A stretch of DNA of 54,120 bases from an uncultured virus (IMG/VR IMGVR_UViG_3300042559_001567). Its lineage: Duplodnaviria > Heunggongvirae > Uroviricota > Caudoviricetes. The notes beneath the pieces were generated by a model. It was not told where the DNA came from, made no database searches, and saw only the letters and a program-made list of their open reading frames with translations. The DNA lies in IMG/VR virus record IMGVR_UViG_3300042559_001567, positions 62,001 through 116,120 of that record; one strand, given 5' to 3'. Of this stretch, positions 51,942 to 54,120 are shown one piece after another; position 1 is the first letter of the stretch; each line of letters starts with the position of its first letter. The position numbers and the translations under genes are program-made.

Positions 51942-52886
51942 ATGGTAAATCAAGAAGTTGACTATTCTCCTGTTATTGAAATTCTCGAAGATATTTTGGG
52001 TGACTCTAACATGCATAATGATTATAAAGGACAGATGTCTTTTGATTGTCCAGTGTGTTCATATGACATAAAAGGATTGGACCACGGTGACGGAAAAGGA
52101 AATTTAGAGGTCAACTACAAATACAATGTTTTTAAATGTTGGGTGTGTGCCGAATCACACGAAACTCACGGATCAATTTTTAAATTGGTTAAAAAATTCG
52201 GTAATCCAAAACAATTAAAAAATTATCTATTATTGAAACCTGACGAAGGTGAAGATTTTAGTAAACGTGTTTATAAGACAGTAAAACTACCTCAAGACTT
52301 CATACCATTTAAAGAAGCGAGTGAGGGTCTTAAAATGACACCATATTATAAACAAGCATACAACTATATAAAAAGTAGAAACATAACTGACTTAATGGTA
52401 CAGATGTACAACATTGGTTTTTGTTATAGAGGTATCTACGAAAATAGAATTATCATCCCATCGTATGATTGTGAAAGGAGAATTAATTATTTTATTGCAC
52501 GTTCTTATTTGAATAGAACAAAGATGAAATATAAGAATCCTGAGGCACAAAAGGAACTCATCATATTCAACGAGTACTTGGTTGATTGGAATGAAACAAT
52601 ATACATTGTGGAGGGTGCATTTGATAGTATATTCATACCTAACGCAATTCCATTGTTAGGAAAATTTATGAGTGAGCATTTATTTCACACTCTATATGAA
52701 AAGGTTAAAGGTAAAATAATTATTGTTCTTGATCCAGATGCTTGGAATGATGCCGAAAGATTATATCATAAATTAAATTGTGGTAAATTAATGGGTAGGG
52801 TTTTTGCAATTAAATTAGAGGGTGATAAAGATATTGCCGACTTACAAGGAAAATTAGAAAATTATAAAATAAAACAACTAGATTAA
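51942..52886 (+). CDS. DNA primase (Zn-binding + TOPRIM; DnaG/gp61-like)
   Basis: CPVC...CWVC, 'NRIIIP', 'ARSY', 'KYKNP', 'IVEGAFD', 'LDPDA', 'KDIAD'. ATG 51942 is preferred because GTG 51888 lies inside the terminator. Confidence 0.88.
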   Translation: MVNQEVDYSPVIEILEDILGDSNMHNDYKGQMSFDCPVCSYDIKGLDHGDGKGNLEVNYKYNVFKCWVCAESHETHGSIFKLVKKFGNPKQLKNYLLLKPDEGEDFSKRVYKTVKLPQDFIPFKEASEGLKMTPYYKQAYNYIKSRNITDLMVQMYNIGFCYRGIYENRIIIPSYDCERRINYFIARSYLNRTKMKYKNPEAQKELIIFNEYLVDWNETIYIVEGAFDSIFIPNAIPLLGKFMSEHLFHTLYEKVKGKIIIVLDPDAWNDAERLYHKLNCGKLMGRVFAIKLEGDKDIADLQGKLENYKIKQLD

Positions 52887-53746
52887 TGAATTTAAAAGAC
52901 ATCTCATTAGAGATTAACGACTTATTAGAAAAGAAAAGACAAGAATTAGAATTAACATTCATAGAAGAACAACATATCTATCACATGAAAGATGTTGACG
53001 GTGTTGTTAAAAAGAATTTTCCTTCAGTTTCTAAAATCATAAAGAAATTTCATAAACCATTTGATGCTGAAGGTATGGCACTTCGTATGTCAAAAGGAGA
53101 CCCCGAAGGTCAAGCACAATTACTCGCGGAATGGAAACAAGCAGGTGACCTATCAACCAACATGGGTAGTAGAGTTCACTTTGAATTGGAATCCGATTTG
53201 ATTGGTAGGTTTGATAATTACAAAGAAGTTAGACAACCGATATTCGAAATCAACGAAGAACAACAACGTAAGAGTGATAATATGATTATTGCGGGAAAAC
53301 AATTTCTTGATTTAATGTTAGAAAGAGGTGGAGTATTATTAGATACTGAAATCGTATTAGGTGATCCTGAAGAACAATACACAGGACAACCTGATAAGGT
53401 GTGGTTAATGGAAACTAAAGAGAAAGATAATTTTGGGTTTGTTATTACCGATTGGAAAACAAATCAACCAAAAAACTTTGAAGTACATCATTATACTGGT
53501 AAATTGTACCCACCATTTAACAATTATCATGATAATGCATTAGGTCATTATTATTTACAACTTCCATTATATGGTAGGTTGTTACGTAAAATGTTAAAAG
53601 AAACAAAATACAACGATACTAAATTGTTAGGTAATGTGGTGGTTTTATTAAAAGATGATGCAACATTTGTGGAATATAAAGTCCCGTCACAAATTAACAA
53701 TGCAATTTTAACAATGGACTTATCAAATTATATTAAAAGATGGTAA
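52886..53746 (+). CDS. PD-(D/E)xK family exonuclease
   Basis: 'PSVSKII', 'GSRVH', 'TEIVL', 'GQPDKV', 'ITDWKT', 'YYLQLPLY'. Confidence 0.8.
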   Translation: MNLKDISLEINDLLEKKRQELELTFIEEQHIYHMKDVDGVVKKNFPSVSKIIKKFHKPFDAEGMALRMSKGDPEGQAQLLAEWKQAGDLSTNMGSRVHFELESDLIGRFDNYKEVRQPIFEINEEQQRKSDNMIIAGKQFLDLMLERGGVLLDTEIVLGDPEEQYTGQPDKVWLMETKEKDNFGFVITDWKTNQPKNFEVHHYTGKLYPPFNNYHDNALGHYYLQLPLYGRLLRKMLKETKYNDTKLLGNVVVLLKDDATFVEYKVPSQINNAILTMDLSNYIKRW

Positions 53747-54120
53747 AGAAAATCATACACATTGCTGATTTACACATTCGTACAATTCAAATGCACGATT
53801 TATATAAGAATCAATTTGAAAAACTGTTGGGCGAATTAAGTGTAAAATTTTTAGAATGGGCAGATGAAAATATATCGCATAACGAAATTAGAATTGTTGT
53901 TGCGGGTGATATCGCACATCAAAAAATTAATATCTCAAATGAACAATTATTATTAACGAGTTGGTTTTTAAAAGAGTTAACTCGTTTTGGTAAGGTTGTA
54001 ATCATACCGGGTAATCACGATTTCTTGGAGAATAATACACAACGTATGGATAGTATAACACCAGTCGTTCAATTATTAGACAATCAACACATCACATACC
54101 TAAAAGATAGTGGTGATTAT
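53740..54120 (+). CDS. Metallophosphoesterase, Mre11/SbcD (T4 gp47)-like nuclease; 3'-truncated
   Basis: Absent from the ORF track and translated by hand: MVKKIIHIADLHIR...VVAGDIAH...IIPGNHD, giving the DxH, GD and GNHD motifs. It runs off the window end. Confidence 0.85.
   Translation, partial: MVKKIIHIADLHIRTIQMHDLYKNQFEKLLGELSVKFLEWADENISHNEIRIVVAGDIAHQKINISNEQLLLTSWFLKELTRFGKVVIIPGNHDFLENNTQRMDSITPVVQLLDNQHITYLKDSGDY

Noticed and set aside
1845..52016. Numerous short minus-strand and alternative-frame ORFs in the track
   Set aside because: Nearly all lie inside or overlap long + strand genes with recognisable motifs, and none has independent support.
52886..53746. Cas4 / CRISPR adaptation gene
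   Set aside because: It has the PD-(D/E)xK core but lacks the Cas4 Fe-S cysteine cluster, and no array or cas1 is present.
1..54120. Alternative genetic code (stop-codon reassignment)
   Set aside because: Standard code 11 gives long intact ORFs with near-complete coding density, and TGA and TAA both act as stops.

Overview
This is an AT-rich, gene-dense segment with every real gene on the + strand. It most likely comes from a large (jumbo-type) contractile-tailed dsDNA bacteriophage. A Bacteroidota host is inferred from SprB-like repeats, A-rich starts lacking Shine-Dalgarno sites, and the type of class Ia ribonucleotide reductase. Gene order: (1) tail-tube-initiator-like, LysM/gp53-like and baseplate-hub-like genes (1-9309); (2) four small genes including a Dps/ferritin-like protein; (3) a replication module of gp32-like SSB, UvsX/RecA, 5'-3' exonuclease, an unknown gene, DnaB-like helicase, nrdB and nrdA (10923-19118), bracketed by two related terminators and a 16-bp direct repeat; (4) baseplate wedge genes (gp25, gp6/J-like) and about 30 kb of large virion-type genes, including an island of Pro/Thr-linker, Cys-rich, PA14/cadherin/SprB adhesin-like proteins that share modules; (5) RuvC-like resolvase, a candidate small RNA, primase, PD-(D/E)xK nuclease and a truncated Mre11/SbcD-like phosphoesterase. 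The most notable observations are a modular adhesin island that may have split a conserved tail gene, strong enrichment of an [ST]-G-x-T motif in virion proteins only, an OmpA-like domain inserted in a tail-tube-like fold, a TATTTA(T)-type late-promoter motif, and a roughly 70-nt promoter-hairpin-terminator unit. All calls come from motif reading by eye; no searches were run.
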